A stretch of 48,313 nucleotides of DNA, taken from contig JAFQLP010000021.1 in NCBI GenBank assembly GCA_017414565.1, positions 1-48,313 on the forward strand. Direction: 5' to 3'. Origin of the DNA: Lentisphaeria bacterium. Its GTDB lineage: Bacteria > Verrucomicrobiota > Lentisphaeria > Victivallales > Victivallaceae. Under the pieces are notes generated by a model. That model did not search any database. It had not been told where the DNA came from and was given only the letters and a program-made list of their open reading frames with translations. Shown here piece after piece: positions 24,589-34,040 of the stretch; positions within the stretch are counted from its first letter, which is position 1; every line of letters starts with the position of its first letter. Made by a program: the position numbers and the translations under genes.

Positions 24589-25467
24589 ATGGGTCTTTAC
24601 GATCGTTCATATATGGGAAACCGTCCGTACCGGGAGCCCGGCGGCGGCATGTCGATGCTCTGGCAGCTGATCGGTGTCAATGTGGCGTGTTATCTGCTGT
24701 TGAAGATTGCTCCGCAACTGATTCCGGTGCTTTGCATGACGGCCGGCGGGATCCGCAACGGAATGCTTTTTCAGGCGGTGACGGCGGCATTCGTCCATCT
24801 GGAATTTTTTCATCTGCTGCTCAACATGTACGGGCTGTATCTTTTCGGGTCGCTGGTGGCTCCGTATCTGACCCGGCGGCAGGTGCTGGTATTGTATCTG
24901 GCCGGCGGGATCACCGGCAATCTGCTGTTTCTGCCGTTCAACTGGCACAGCCAGTTCGTTCTGCTCGGGGCATCCGGGGCGGTTTACGGGGTCATGATTG
25001 CCGCCGCCATGCTGGAGCCGAACCGGCGGTTTGCGCTGATGCTGCTGCCCATGGCTCCGATCAAAACCAGCACCATGGTGATCGTATTCACCGTTATCGA
25101 ACTGATCAGCGAGGTTTTCGGTGCCGATGGTCATGTGGCGCATCTGGCCCATCTCGGCGGATTTCTGGGTGGTTATGTCTGCCTCAAGACATGGCGGCAT
25201 TTGCCGATCGCCTGGGACCCGCTGTCTCTGCTGGCGATCCGTTTTACCTCCGGCCGTTCCGGTCATGACGGTTTTGAGCGGCATCCCGGGCGGGATTCCG
25301 GCGGGACATCATCGTACCGGCCGCCGGTCGATCCGCAGGCCCCGGTCCCCCAGCGCGAGGTCGATCGCCTGCTCGACAAATTGTCACAATATGGGATCCG
25401 TTCCCTGACCCCGGAGGAAGAAGCGACCCTCCGGCGGGTCCGGGAGCAAATGAACCGGAAAGACTGA
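24589..25467 (+). CDS. Rhomboid-family intramembrane serine protease
   Basis: Starts at MGLYDRSYM (ATG 24589, AAAGGA upstream). Catalytic GASGAVYG (Ser) and HLAHLGGFLGG (His). Multiple TM helices, then a soluble C-terminal tail. Confidence 0.85.
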   Translation: MGLYDRSYMGNRPYREPGGGMSMLWQLIGVNVACYLLLKIAPQLIPVLCMTAGGIRNGMLFQAVTAAFVHLEFFHLLLNMYGLYLFGSLVAPYLTRRQVLVLYLAGGITGNLLFLPFNWHSQFVLLGASGAVYGVMIAAAMLEPNRRFALMLLPMAPIKTSTMVIVFTVIELISEVFGADGHVAHLAHLGGFLGGYVCLKTWRHLPIAWDPLSLLAIRFTSGRSGHDGFERHPGRDSGGTSSYRPPVDPQAPVPQREVDRLLDKLSQYGIRSLTPEEEATLRRVREQMNRKD

Positions 25468-25470
25468 CCG

Positions 25471-26535
25471 ATGCTGAAAACCTCCCAATTCGATTATACG
25501 CTCCCCGATGAACTGGTGGCCCAGTATCCCGCTGACCGGCGCGATGGTTCGCGGATGATGGTGTTGGACCGCCGCACTGGTGAAACCGAGATCCTGCCGT
25601 TTCCGGCGATCACGGAATTTCTGTCTGCCGGTGATGCCTTGATCTGCAACGATACCCGGGTCCTCCGGGGGCGGATGTACGCCCGCAAAAACGGCGATCC
25701 CGGCGGGGCCCGCTTTGAACTCCTGCTGGTCAACGAGATCGATGCCGCGGAACGGCGTTGGAAGGTGTTGCTCCGCCCCGGCAAACGGGCTTTGCCCGGC
25801 GTGGAGGCGGCATTGGTCGATGGCGATGGTCAGGTGAATCTGGTGGGCGACGGGTTTACCGTGGTCGGCCGTTCCGGAGAAGAAGCATTCGAGGTCCGTT
25901 TCCACGGTGCCCCGGTGGCGGAATTGCAGCAGCGGTACGGTCATATCCCGCTGCCGCCCTACATCCGGCGGCCGGATGAAAATGCCGATGATGAGCGTTA
26001 TCAGACGATCTTTGCGGCGGCTCCGGGAGCGGTCGCGGCTCCGACGGCCGGACTGCATTTCACCCCCGAAGTGCTGGCGGAACTGGCCGGTAAAGGGGTG
26101 ACGCGCGCGGCAGTGACACTGCATGTGGGACCGGGCACATTCAAACCGGTTTCCACCGAAGATGCCGCCAACCACCGGATGCACGCCGAAGAATATACGC
26201 TGTCAGCGGACACCGCCGATCTGGTGAACCGTACCCACCGCAACGGCGGCCGGGTGATGGCTGTCGGGACCACATCGGTGCGGGTCCTTGAAAGCTGCGC
26301 CGCGCCGGATGGCACGGTGATGCCCGGCCACGGTTGGACCGAGATTTTTCTCTATCCCCCCTATCAGCCCCGGGCGGTGGATATGCTGCTGACCAATTTC
26401 CATCTGCCGAAAAGCACGCTGCTGATGCTGGTTTCCACCTTCGCCGACCGGGAAATGGTGCTGGCGGCCTATCAGAAGGCGGTGGAAGCGAAAATGCGTT
26501 TTTACAGTTACGGCGATTGCATGTTGCTCAAATGA
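25471..26535 (+). CDS. queA: S-adenosylmethionine:tRNA ribosyltransferase-isomerase
   Basis: MLKTSQFDYTLPDELVAQYP...GTTSVRVLES...LTNFHLPKSTLLMLVS...RFYSYGDCMLL. Confidence 0.9.
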   Translation: MLKTSQFDYTLPDELVAQYPADRRDGSRMMVLDRRTGETEILPFPAITEFLSAGDALICNDTRVLRGRMYARKNGDPGGARFELLLVNEIDAAERRWKVLLRPGKRALPGVEAALVDGDGQVNLVGDGFTVVGRSGEEAFEVRFHGAPVAELQQRYGHIPLPPYIRRPDENADDERYQTIFAAAPGAVAAPTAGLHFTPEVLAELAGKGVTRAAVTLHVGPGTFKPVSTEDAANHRMHAEEYTLSADTADLVNRTHRNGGRVMAVGTTSVRVLESCAAPDGTVMPGHGWTEIFLYPPYQPRAVDMLLTNFHLPKSTLLMLVSTFADREMVLAAYQKAVEAKMRFYSYGDCMLLK

Positions 26536-27551
26536 AGAAACAGTTGCTTCAGCTGCCGTTCCTGCTGCTGGTCCTGACCGGCGGCTGTGCCGCGGTTCCC
26601 GGGGCGGTTTCCGGCGGCATGACCGGGGCTGATGCCTGGCAGAGCGTCATTGCCAATCTGTTGCCGGTGCGGGTCGATCAGGGGCGTGAACGGTTGTCCC
26701 GGGAATATGCCCGGATGGCCTGGCGGCAACGGTTGCCGGAACGGGCCGCGGTGCTGGACCGGCTGCCCGAAGATGCGGCGGCCCGGACGGAGGCGCGTCA
26801 GGCATTGGAAACCGCGATCGGCATTGCCGTGCAACTGCTGGTGCCGGAGGATGCGGTTGCCGCGGCGATCCTGCGGGACCGTTGCCGGGAAGAACTGGGC
26901 CGGGAATTTCTGGTCACGGCCATGCTGTTTCCGGAACGGGCGGCGGCGGTGGCGGATGCGGCCGTGGCGGGGGTGCCGGATCATTTGATGGCGCGGCACC
27001 GGGTCGGCCGGGACGAAGCTGCCATGCAGTTGCGGATCCTGATGGGGTTGCCGGAGGATTTTGTATTGCCGGAGGAACCGTTTGCCGGGATCGAGCCGGT
27101 TCTGCCGGAGGAACCGGATGATCTGGTGATCGCATTGCAGTGCCGTCCGGAACTGACCGGTTTTACCGGATCGGTGACGGATCTGGCAGCGGCGGTGCGT
27201 TATCTGGAATCGCAGATGCCGCCGGTTTCGGCCGATGCCGACGGGGCGGCGGCATCGCTCCGGGCGGCGTTGATGATTTTGCGGTTGCCCGACCGGATGA
27301 TCCGTCAGGAACTGTATGAATTGAGTTCGCCGGAAGAAACACGCTATTTGTTGGTGGCGTGGGGGATCTGGCGGCAGTTGAAACTGGATCGGCGGGCTTT
27401 GCTGGCCGGTGATCCGGGGGCGGTCGGACAACTGCGGTGTGACCTCGGTCTGGAGCCGGGGGAGCCGTTGCCGGAGACCGTGCCGGAGGGTCCCTCCGGG
27501 AGCCGTTCCTCCCCGGCGGCGGAATTGCTTTTGCGGCTGATGGCACAGTGA
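26532..27551 (+). CDS. Hypothetical lipoprotein
   Basis: ATG 26532 overlaps the queA stop. Lipobox in MKKQLLQLPFLLLVLTGGC. The 405-aa track ORF from 26334 is an in-frame extension into queA. Confidence 0.6.
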   Translation: MKKQLLQLPFLLLVLTGGCAAVPGAVSGGMTGADAWQSVIANLLPVRVDQGRERLSREYARMAWRQRLPERAAVLDRLPEDAAARTEARQALETAIGIAVQLLVPEDAVAAAILRDRCREELGREFLVTAMLFPERAAAVADAAVAGVPDHLMARHRVGRDEAAMQLRILMGLPEDFVLPEEPFAGIEPVLPEEPDDLVIALQCRPELTGFTGSVTDLAAAVRYLESQMPPVSADADGAAASLRAALMILRLPDRMIRQELYELSSPEETRYLLVAWGIWRQLKLDRRALLAGDPGAVGQLRCDLGLEPGEPLPETVPEGPSGSRSSPAAELLLRLMAQ

Positions 27552-27567
27552 AAATAAAGGACAGGCG

Positions 27568-28116
27568 ATGAACGGTTTTTTGATTTACCGGATGGCGTTG
27601 GTGCTGACAGGGATCATCCTGTCGGGAATGGGTATATGGTTCGCGCGGCTGCGGCCGGAAACCTGCGGCCGGTGGGAACAGCTGCCCCGGCGGCAGATGC
27701 CCGGTGCGGTGCTGGGGTTGATCGCGTTGTTGTGGTGCGTGCCTCATGCCCAACCGATCGCTTTTGACTGGCTGGTGCCGCTGTTGTACCCGCTGGCGGT
27801 CGCCGGTGCGGTGCTGGGCTATTTTTTTCTGGATTACCTGCTGGTGCGGGCCGTGGCCGGATTGTGTATCCTGACGGCATATTATCTGGTTCACGGGGCG
27901 TGTGATTACCATGCGCCGCGGTTGGTGCAGATATACAACGGATGCTGGCTGTTGGGGATCGCCGGGATCTGTTTTTCCGGCAAACCCTGCTGGGGGCGCG
28001 ATATCATCCGGTTGGGATGCCGGTCGGCATGGGGGCGTTATCTGACGGCGGGATCGCTGCTGCTGCTGGCATTGCTGTTGTTTGCCGGGGCGTGCCAGAC
28101 GGAGGTGAAAGCATGA
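27568..28116 (+). CDS. Hypothetical polytopic membrane protein, 182 aa
   Basis: GGA/AGG SD upstream. At least five hydrophobic helices. I recognise no family. Confidence 0.55.
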   Translation: MNGFLIYRMALVLTGIILSGMGIWFARLRPETCGRWEQLPRRQMPGAVLGLIALLWCVPHAQPIAFDWLVPLLYPLAVAGAVLGYFFLDYLLVRAVAGLCILTAYYLVHGACDYHAPRLVQIYNGCWLLGIAGICFSGKPCWGRDIIRLGCRSAWGRYLTAGSLLLLALLLFAGACQTEVKA

Positions 28117-28790
28117 CGGATTTTGATTTGACAGCGTTTGCCCGGCAGTGCGGGGTGGCAGAGCCGGAACGCTTTGCGGCGCGTTGCGAAATTTTGCGGC
28201 AGTTCCTCGAAACGGCGAACCGGTCGGTGAATCTGACCCGGATCACGGAGCCGGTTCCGTTTGCGGTGAAACATGTGGCGGATTCGCTGTCGGCCGTGAC
28301 GGCCATGCCCGAACTGGCCACCGCGGAACTGGCGGTTTGCGATATGGGGTGCGGGGCCGGATTCCCGTCATTGATCCTGGCTCTGGCGTTTCCGCAACTG
28401 CGGATCACCTCTGTCGATTCCACCCGGAAAAAGATCGATTTTGTGAATGCCGCCGCCCGGGAACTGGGTTTGACGGGCCTGACCGCGGTGCAGGGGCGTT
28501 CCAATGAACTCAACCGCAATGCCGGATGGCGGCACCGTTTCGATTGCGTGACGGCGCGGGCGGTGGCGGAATCGCCGAAACTGGCGTTGGAAGCCTCGGA
28601 ACTGCCCCGGCCGGATGGCTGTTTTCTTTTTTACAAAACCCCCGATCAGGTGGCCGGAGAAATGCCGGTGCTGGCCGGGTTGAGCCGCAAATTGGGACGC
28701 GAATGGTATGCCGGGCCGGTATTTTCACTGCCGCTTGATGGCGGGGAACGGCAATTCATCCGGTCCGGAAAAAAGGAGTTGCAACGATGA
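28113..28790 (+). CDS. rsmG: 16S rRNA (guanine527-N7)-methyltransferase
   Basis: Starts at MTDFDLTAF (ATG 28113, ATGA overlap). NLTRI...HVADSL...DMGCGAGFPSLILA SAM motif...VTARAV. Confidence 0.85.
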   Translation: MTDFDLTAFARQCGVAEPERFAARCEILRQFLETANRSVNLTRITEPVPFAVKHVADSLSAVTAMPELATAELAVCDMGCGAGFPSLILALAFPQLRITSVDSTRKKIDFVNAAARELGLTGLTAVQGRSNELNRNAGWRHRFDCVTARAVAESPKLALEASELPRPDGCFLFYKTPDQVAGEMPVLAGLSRKLGREWYAGPVFSLPLDGGERQFIRSGKKELQR

Positions 28791-29884
28791 CGGTTTCGGC
28801 TTTTTCCGGTTACTGCGGCGGCGGGGTGCCGTCTTTTCCGGTGACGGCTCTGGCCCCGGAAGATCTGCACAACGGGATCGTGGTGCGGATGCCGAACTGG
28901 TTGGGCGATGCGGTCATGGCTCTGCCCGCCCTGTATCAACTGCGGTCGCTGTTGCCGGAACACGGCGCGCTGGGGGTCATCACCCCGGCATCGCTGACGG
29001 CTTTTTATCAGGCGATGCCGTGGGTGGATGTGATCCTGCCGCTGGCATCCCCGCACCGGATATGGAGTTCGGATGAACGGTGGATGGTACGGCGCAGTGC
29101 ATTCGGCGCGGGGGTGCTGTTCAACCATTCGCTCCGGGATGCGCTGATGATGCGGTTGTGCCGGATACCCCGGCTTTACGGAGCGGCGGCCCGGGGGCGC
29201 AGTCTGCTGTTGACCCGGCATTTTGATTTTCCGGAACGGCGGAACACCTGGAACCATGCGCCGTTTCCGGCCCGTTATCTCTCCATGGTGCAGGCGTTGG
29301 GAGCCCCGGCGTGGGACGGCCGGATGCCGGAGATCATTCCCGGTCCGGGATCGGAATTGCCGGACGCATGGCGGGCGGTGGCAGATTCCCCCCGGCTGTT
29401 GGTGCTCGGGGCCGGTGCCTCCTACGGCGCGGCGAAACGCTGGGGGAGCGGATCGTATCACGAAGTCGCCCGGCAGTGGATCGCCGCCGGCGGTGTGGCG
29501 GCCATGGTCGGCAGTCCGTCGGAGGCCGGGATCGGAGCGGAGATCGGGACGGGATTGCCGGAGGATGCCTATTTCAACCTGGCGGGCAAGACCACATTGC
29601 CGCAGTTGATGCGGCTGCTCAAACAGGCGAAAGCCGCGGTGGCAAATGACAGCGGGGTGATGCATCTGGCCGCGGCTCTGGGGTGTCCCGGCGTTGCCGT
29701 TTACGGTCCGACCGATCATACCTCCACGGCCCCCATCGGGGCGCATTGGCGTATTCTGACGGCGCAGGCGGATTGTGCCCCCTGCTTCAAACGGGTGTGT
29801 CCGCGCGGCGATGCCGTTTGTATGAAAGCCGTCACCGCCGCCGATGTTGTTACGGCACTGGAAGAATTGCTTTCGGAGTCGTGA
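28787..29884 (+). CDS. waaF: GT9 ADP-heptose:LPS heptosyltransferase (type II-like)
   Basis: RMPNWLGDAVMALPAL...GAGASYGAAKRW...NDSGVMHLAAALG...CAPCFKRVCP. Assignment to WaaF rather than another GT9 member is tentative. Confidence 0.65.
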   Translation: MTVSAFSGYCGGGVPSFPVTALAPEDLHNGIVVRMPNWLGDAVMALPALYQLRSLLPEHGALGVITPASLTAFYQAMPWVDVILPLASPHRIWSSDERWMVRRSAFGAGVLFNHSLRDALMMRLCRIPRLYGAAARGRSLLLTRHFDFPERRNTWNHAPFPARYLSMVQALGAPAWDGRMPEIIPGPGSELPDAWRAVADSPRLLVLGAGASYGAAKRWGSGSYHEVARQWIAAGGVAAMVGSPSEAGIGAEIGTGLPEDAYFNLAGKTTLPQLMRLLKQAKAAVANDSGVMHLAAALGCPGVAVYGPTDHTSTAPIGAHWRILTAQADCAPCFKRVCPRGDAVCMKAVTAADVVTALEELLSES

Positions 29885-30413
29885 TCACGATACCGAAGAG
29901 GAAAATACCGTAAACCAGCAGCAGAACACCCGCGATGCTGTTGATCGCCTGCAAACCGGCGACCGGCAGCAGGACCAGCAGGATACCGAGGATCAGGCTC
30001 AAACAGGCGGAAACCACCAGCCGCCCGCGGTGTCCCGGGGTGTGCCAGGCGGCGTGGAAATCGCCGACCGCATCAAGGATCATCCAGGCACCGAGAAAGA
30101 TCACCCACGCCAGATCCATCAGCAGCGGCATGACAGCGGCCAGCAGACCCAGCACCAGCGTGAAAAGTCCGGTGATCAGGTTGAAGGTGCGGGTCGGGCC
30201 GCGGGGGACCCGGAACCCGGCGGCGATCAGCCAGGTGCCATCGAATACCAGCAGGAACCCGATGGCGATGGTCAGCACCGATATGGTCAGCAGCGGACGG
30301 CACAGCAGCAGCAGACCGAGGATGACCGTCAGAATGGACCGCCAGATCATGGCTCCCCGGGACGGCCACCGGGAAATGGTGCAGGAACAGGTGTCGGCAA
30401 GTTCGTTGATCAT
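29850..30413 (-). CDS. HdeD/DUF308-like small polytopic membrane protein
   Basis: Starts at MINELAD (ATG 30413, GGAGGG 7 nt upstream). It has six hydrophobic segments with a G/L/I-rich repeated pattern. The 3' end overlaps the waaF 3' end by 35 nt (convergent genes). Confidence 0.55.
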   Translation of the reverse strand: MINELADTCSCTISRWPSRGAMIWRSILTVILGLLLLCRPLLTISVLTIAIGFLLVFDGTWLIAAGFRVPRGPTRTFNLITGLFTLVLGLLAAVMPLLMDLAWVIFLGAWMILDAVGDFHAAWHTPGHRGRLVVSACLSLILGILLVLLPVAGLQAINSIAGVLLLVYGIFLFGIVITTPKAILPVP

Positions 30414-30474
30414 ACAGAATCCCTCCATTTTTTTTGGATCGTTACGGGGGGTGTTTTCCGGGGGTGCCGGCGAA

Positions 30475-30502
30475 AAAATAACGCCGTCTTCACGGAATGC
30501 AA
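30475..30502 (-). promoter_or_regulatory. Candidate promoter for the HdeD-like gene
   Basis: Minus strand: TTGCAT (30502-30497), 16 nt, TATTTT (30480-30475). Confidence 0.35.
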
Positions 30503-30543
30503 GTGGAATTTCCAAAAAAGCCGTTTTTTCCCGGATATGCCAA

Positions 30544-30571
30544 TGGCAAATCGCTGTAGAAAAGTTATATT
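30544..30571 (+). promoter_or_regulatory. Candidate promoter for the nuoE-like/glycerate kinase operon
   Basis: TGGCAA (30544-30549), 16 nt, TATATT (30566-30571). Confidence 0.35.
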
Positions 30572-30635
30572 AACAAAGAGGTTGAATGGGCATATTGACG
30601 GGATTGGGCCGGGAAAAAAGGAAACGGTGGCAGGG

Positions 30636-31109
30636 ATGGCGGAATCATTCGATTTTTTGACCAGGATCGGCCGTGATCCGGCCGGGTTGATCCAGGCATT
30701 GCGGACGATTCAGGATCTGTACGGCATGGTTTCGGATGCCGCGGTGACGGCGGTCGCCGCCCATTTCGGTATCCCCCGGGCGGAGGTGGAGGCGGCCTTG
30801 GCCTTTTATCCGTCGTTCCGGCGTACCAGACCGGGGCGGTTCCGGATCGCAGTCTGCCGCGGTGCCGCCTGCCGGCGGAAAAACTCCGATGCCGTGATGC
30901 AATGGATTTCCGAAAGCATCGGGATCGGACCGGGAGAAACCGGCCGAGACGGATTGTTTTCGCTGGAGTGGACCGGTTGTCTGGGGTGCTGTGCAGCAGC
31001 TCCCGCCATGAAGGTCAATGACCGGATCTGGGAACGGCTTGACCGGGATGCCGTCAGAAGTATTTTGCGGCGTTACCGGGATGAAGAACAAAGCGGAAGT
31101 GGCAAATGA
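30636..31109 (+). CDS. NuoE/HndA-like thioredoxin-fold [2Fe-2S] ferredoxin, stand-alone
   Basis: Starts at MAESFDF (30636, in frame with track ORF 29844..31109). Cys pattern CRGAAC...GCLGCCAAAP (C-x4-C...C-x3-C) with the NuoE-like segment LIQALRTIQDLYG. Confidence 0.7.
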   Translation: MAESFDFLTRIGRDPAGLIQALRTIQDLYGMVSDAAVTAVAAHFGIPRAEVEAALAFYPSFRRTRPGRFRIAVCRGAACRRKNSDAVMQWISESIGIGPGETGRDGLFSLEWTGCLGCCAAAPAMKVNDRIWERLDRDAVRSILRRYRDEEQSGSGK

Positions 31110-32227
31110 AGATCATACTGGCTTTTGACTCCTACAAAAATTGTATGCGGAGTGCGGAAATATGCCGCCATGTCGCGGCCGGTATCCATACTGTTTTCCC
31201 GGCGGCAGAAGTGGTGTCGATCCCGTTGTCGGATGGCGGCGAAGGATTTGTGGAAGCCGCCGCCGCGGCATCGCCCACCGCCGGAGTCCGGTCGTTTCCG
31301 GCAACAGATGCCCTGGGGCGGCCGGTGACCGCCCGGGCCGTGTTCGATCAGGGGACGGCGATCGTGGAATGTGCCTCCTGTTGCGGGATCGAACAATTGA
31401 CCGCCGCCGAATTGGATCCCCGGCTGACCGGTACCGCCGGTTTGGGAATGCTTTTGCGGGCGGTCGCAGAAACGGCTCCGCAGCGGTTGGTTGTCGGCTT
31501 GGGCGGCAGTGCCACGGTGGATGGCGGGATCGGGATGCTTCAGGCGTTGGGTGTCCGGTTTTACGATGCGGCCGGGAACCGGATCTCCACCGGCGATGGC
31601 AATGCGCTGATCCGGGCATGCCGCTGTGACCGGTCGGATTTGGTGGCGTTGCCGCCGCTGATCGCCGCATCCGATGTGACCAATCCATTGTGCGGCAGTA
31701 ACGGTGCCGCGCCGGTTTTCGGCCCCCAGAAAGGCGCGTCCCCGGAATTGGTCCGGGAACTGGATGCCGCTCTGGAACGGTACGCGGTCATGTTGTCCGC
31801 CGCGTTTGACCGGCCGCTGTCGGTGCCGGGCGACGGGGCGGCCGGTGGGCTGGGATTCGCCCTCCGGATGCTGGGGGCGGAAATGGTTTCCGGTGCGGAA
31901 ATGTTGTTTGATTGGAGCGGTTTTGACCGGCGGGTCCCCGGTGCCGCGTTGCTGATAACCGGTGAAGGTCGGTCGGATTTTCAGACGGCCGCCGGAAAAC
32001 TGCCGGCGGCGGCGGCACAGCGGGCGGCGCGGTTCGGCGTGCCTTCGGTATTGGTTTCCGGCGCGCTGGGCGATGGGGTCGATCGTCTTTACGATGATTT
32101 TCTGGCGGTGATGAGCATTGCCGCCGGACCGGGATCTCTGGCGGAGGCATTGGCGCAGACCGCCGGAAATCTGCATCGGGCCGGTGCCAACATTGCCGGA
32201 TTGCTGAAAGCGGGAGGTTGCCGATGA
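31106..32227 (+). CDS. Glycerate kinase
   Basis: MKIILAFDSYK...PLSDGGEGF...GLGGSATVDGGIGMLQALG...ITGEGRSDFQT. Confidence 0.85.
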   Translation: MKIILAFDSYKNCMRSAEICRHVAAGIHTVFPAAEVVSIPLSDGGEGFVEAAAAASPTAGVRSFPATDALGRPVTARAVFDQGTAIVECASCCGIEQLTAAELDPRLTGTAGLGMLLRAVAETAPQRLVVGLGGSATVDGGIGMLQALGVRFYDAAGNRISTGDGNALIRACRCDRSDLVALPPLIAASDVTNPLCGSNGAAPVFGPQKGASPELVRELDAALERYAVMLSAAFDRPLSVPGDGAAGGLGFALRMLGAEMVSGAEMLFDWSGFDRRVPGAALLITGEGRSDFQTAAGKLPAAAAQRAARFGVPSVLVSGALGDGVDRLYDDFLAVMSIAAGPGSLAEALAQTAGNLHRAGANIAGLLKAGGCR

Positions 32228-32958
32228 AACGGGCGTTGATCACCGGTGTTTCCGGTGGCCTGGGTGCCGCCATGGCGTGGGAATTCCGGCGGCACGGCTG
32301 GTTTGTGACAGGGGTTTGCCGCACGGCTCCGGCCGGGGATGTCTGCGATGAATTCATTATCTGTGATTTGACCGATCCGGCTGCCGTCAGTCGGTTGGCG
32401 GAATCCGTCGGAACACTGGATCTGCTGATCAACAACGCCGGGATCGGGTCCTATGCCTCCTGGGAGGAATTGGATGAAGCATCGCTGCGCCGGTTGATGG
32501 AGATCGATTTTTTTGCCCCGGTGGCGTTGACCAAAGCCCTGCTGCCCGCATTGGCCCGCAGCCGGGGGGCGGTGATCAATATTTCTTCGGTGGCGGCGGT
32601 GGTTCCGGTGGCCTGCATGGGGGCATACAATGCTGCCAAAGCTGCGATCGCCATGTTTTCCGAATCACTGCGTCCGGAACTGCACAGCCGCGGTATCCGG
32701 GTTCTGACGGTGATGCCGGGACGGATCGACACCGGTTTTTCCAAACGGGCCGTGGGCGGCCGGACCGTCCCGGATACCCCGGGGCGCACTGCCTCCAGTG
32801 CCGATGGTTTGGCGCGGCAGGTTTACCGGGCTCTGATGTGGCATCGCCGCCGTCTGATCTATCCGGCATGGTATGTGGCTCCGATCGCTTTTATCCGTCA
32901 TTTTCCGGCCGTGAATGAATATTTCAACCGGAAACTCTGGGGGTTGAACCGTGAATAA
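32224..32958 (+). CDS. Classical short-chain dehydrogenase/reductase
   Basis: ATG 32224 with GGGAGG 6 nt upstream (ATGA overlap). ALITGVSGGLGAAMA (TGxxxGxG), NNAG, YNAAKAA (YxxxK). Confidence 0.8.
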   Translation: MKRALITGVSGGLGAAMAWEFRRHGWFVTGVCRTAPAGDVCDEFIICDLTDPAAVSRLAESVGTLDLLINNAGIGSYASWEELDEASLRRLMEIDFFAPVALTKALLPALARSRGAVINISSVAAVVPVACMGAYNAAKAAIAMFSESLRPELHSRGIRVLTVMPGRIDTGFSKRAVGGRTVPDTPGRTASSADGLARQVYRALMWHRRRLIYPAWYVAPIAFIRHFPAVNEYFNRKLWGLNRE

Positions 32959-33631
32959 CTGCCGCCGGTTGATGCTGTTTCTGCTGACGGCTCTGTTGGG
33001 CGGTGCCGTGCAGGCGGAGGTTTATCTGCTGGGGCCCCGTTCCGGCCGGGCTCCGGCAGGCTCTTTTGCCGAAATGAGCGGGGCCGGGGAATTGATGGTC
33101 GAGCCGGTCATCTTCAATGGCGTGGAAACGGAACAGCGGGTCCTGCTGCTGCAACAGCCGCTGGAAACCGTGTTGACAGAGTGGCAGAGCCGTTTTGTCA
33201 GTCAGCCGGTGGCGGCCCCCGGCGGGATCGTGTTGCGGCTGCCGTCCGGGCCCGGACGGCATGAACGGGTGCTGCTGGTCGGCGGCGGTGATCTCGGGGC
33301 CGGGACAACGGCATTTGTCATGGAACTGCCGGATGTGATGCCGCCTGCGCCGGTGTGGGCCGCCGGATTGCCGGTCCTGCCGGGTGCCACGGCCGCGGAG
33401 GTGGTGGAATTGCCCGCCCGCGGCAGTCAGATGGTGACATTTACCGGCGGAGCAGGGATGATGCCTGCGGCGGATCGGGCTTTGCGGGCGGCGGGAATGC
33501 TGCCGGTCGGCGGTGTTTCCGGCGGTATGTATCTGGATGCCGCCGGTAAAGAGATCGTCATGGTGGCGATCCGGCCGGACGGGAACGGAATGATGTTCCG
33601 GGCCCCGTTGGGCAGAGGAGGCCGCCGATGA
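32951..33631 (+). CDS. Hypothetical secreted protein
   Basis: GTG start. Signal peptide [25 protein letters not shown] recognise no family. Confidence 0.55.
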   Translation: MNNCRRLMLFLLTALLGGAVQAEVYLLGPRSGRAPAGSFAEMSGAGELMVEPVIFNGVETEQRVLLLQQPLETVLTEWQSRFVSQPVAAPGGIVLRLPSGPGRHERVLLVGGGDLGAGTTAFVMELPDVMPPAPVWAAGLPVLPGATAAEVVELPARGSQMVTFTGGAGMMPAADRALRAAGMLPVGGVSGGMYLDAAGKEIVMVAIRPDGNGMMFRAPLGRGGRR

Positions 33632-34008
33632 CGGACCGGGCGGCACATCTCCGGCTGGGCCGGCGCGGGGAACGGCTGGCATGTCGTCTGCTGGAGGAAT
33701 CCGGCTGTACGATACTGGCTCGCAACTGGCGGTGCCGGGCCGGTGAACTGGATATTGTGGCACGGGATGGTGTCACACTGGTGTTTGCGGAGGTCAAAAC
33801 GCGGCGGGTGCGGGCGGGACGCCGTCCGGGAGACAATCTGTCGGCGCGGCAATTCCGGCGGGATCTCCGGGCTGCCGGAAGGTTTGTGAAGAATTACGCT
33901 TCGCCGGAGTACCGGCGGCGTTTTGAGGTGATCGAAGTTTGGTTCGGACGCTGGTTCTGTCAAGGGATCGTCCGGCATATACGGTATGTTGACGACCGGG
34001 CCGCATGA
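33628..34008 (+). CDS. yraN: YraN-family (UPF0102) endonuclease-like protein
   Basis: [47 protein letters not shown]. Confidence 0.8.
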   Translation: MTDRAAHLRLGRRGERLACRLLEESGCTILARNWRCRAGELDIVARDGVTLVFAEVKTRRVRAGRRPGDNLSARQFRRDLRAAGRFVKNYASPEYRRRFEVIEVWFGRWFCQGIVRHIRYVDDRAA

Positions 34009-34040
34009 TGGCGGCACGGCAAAACATTCGAGGGAAAAAG

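Noticed and set aside
29844-30635. The N-terminal 264 codons of the 421-aa track ORF 29844..31109.
   Set aside because: This part is antisense to the HdeD-like membrane gene and crosses the AT-rich divergent promoter region. Only the C-terminal 157 aa (from ATG 30636) show the NuoE-like Cys pattern.
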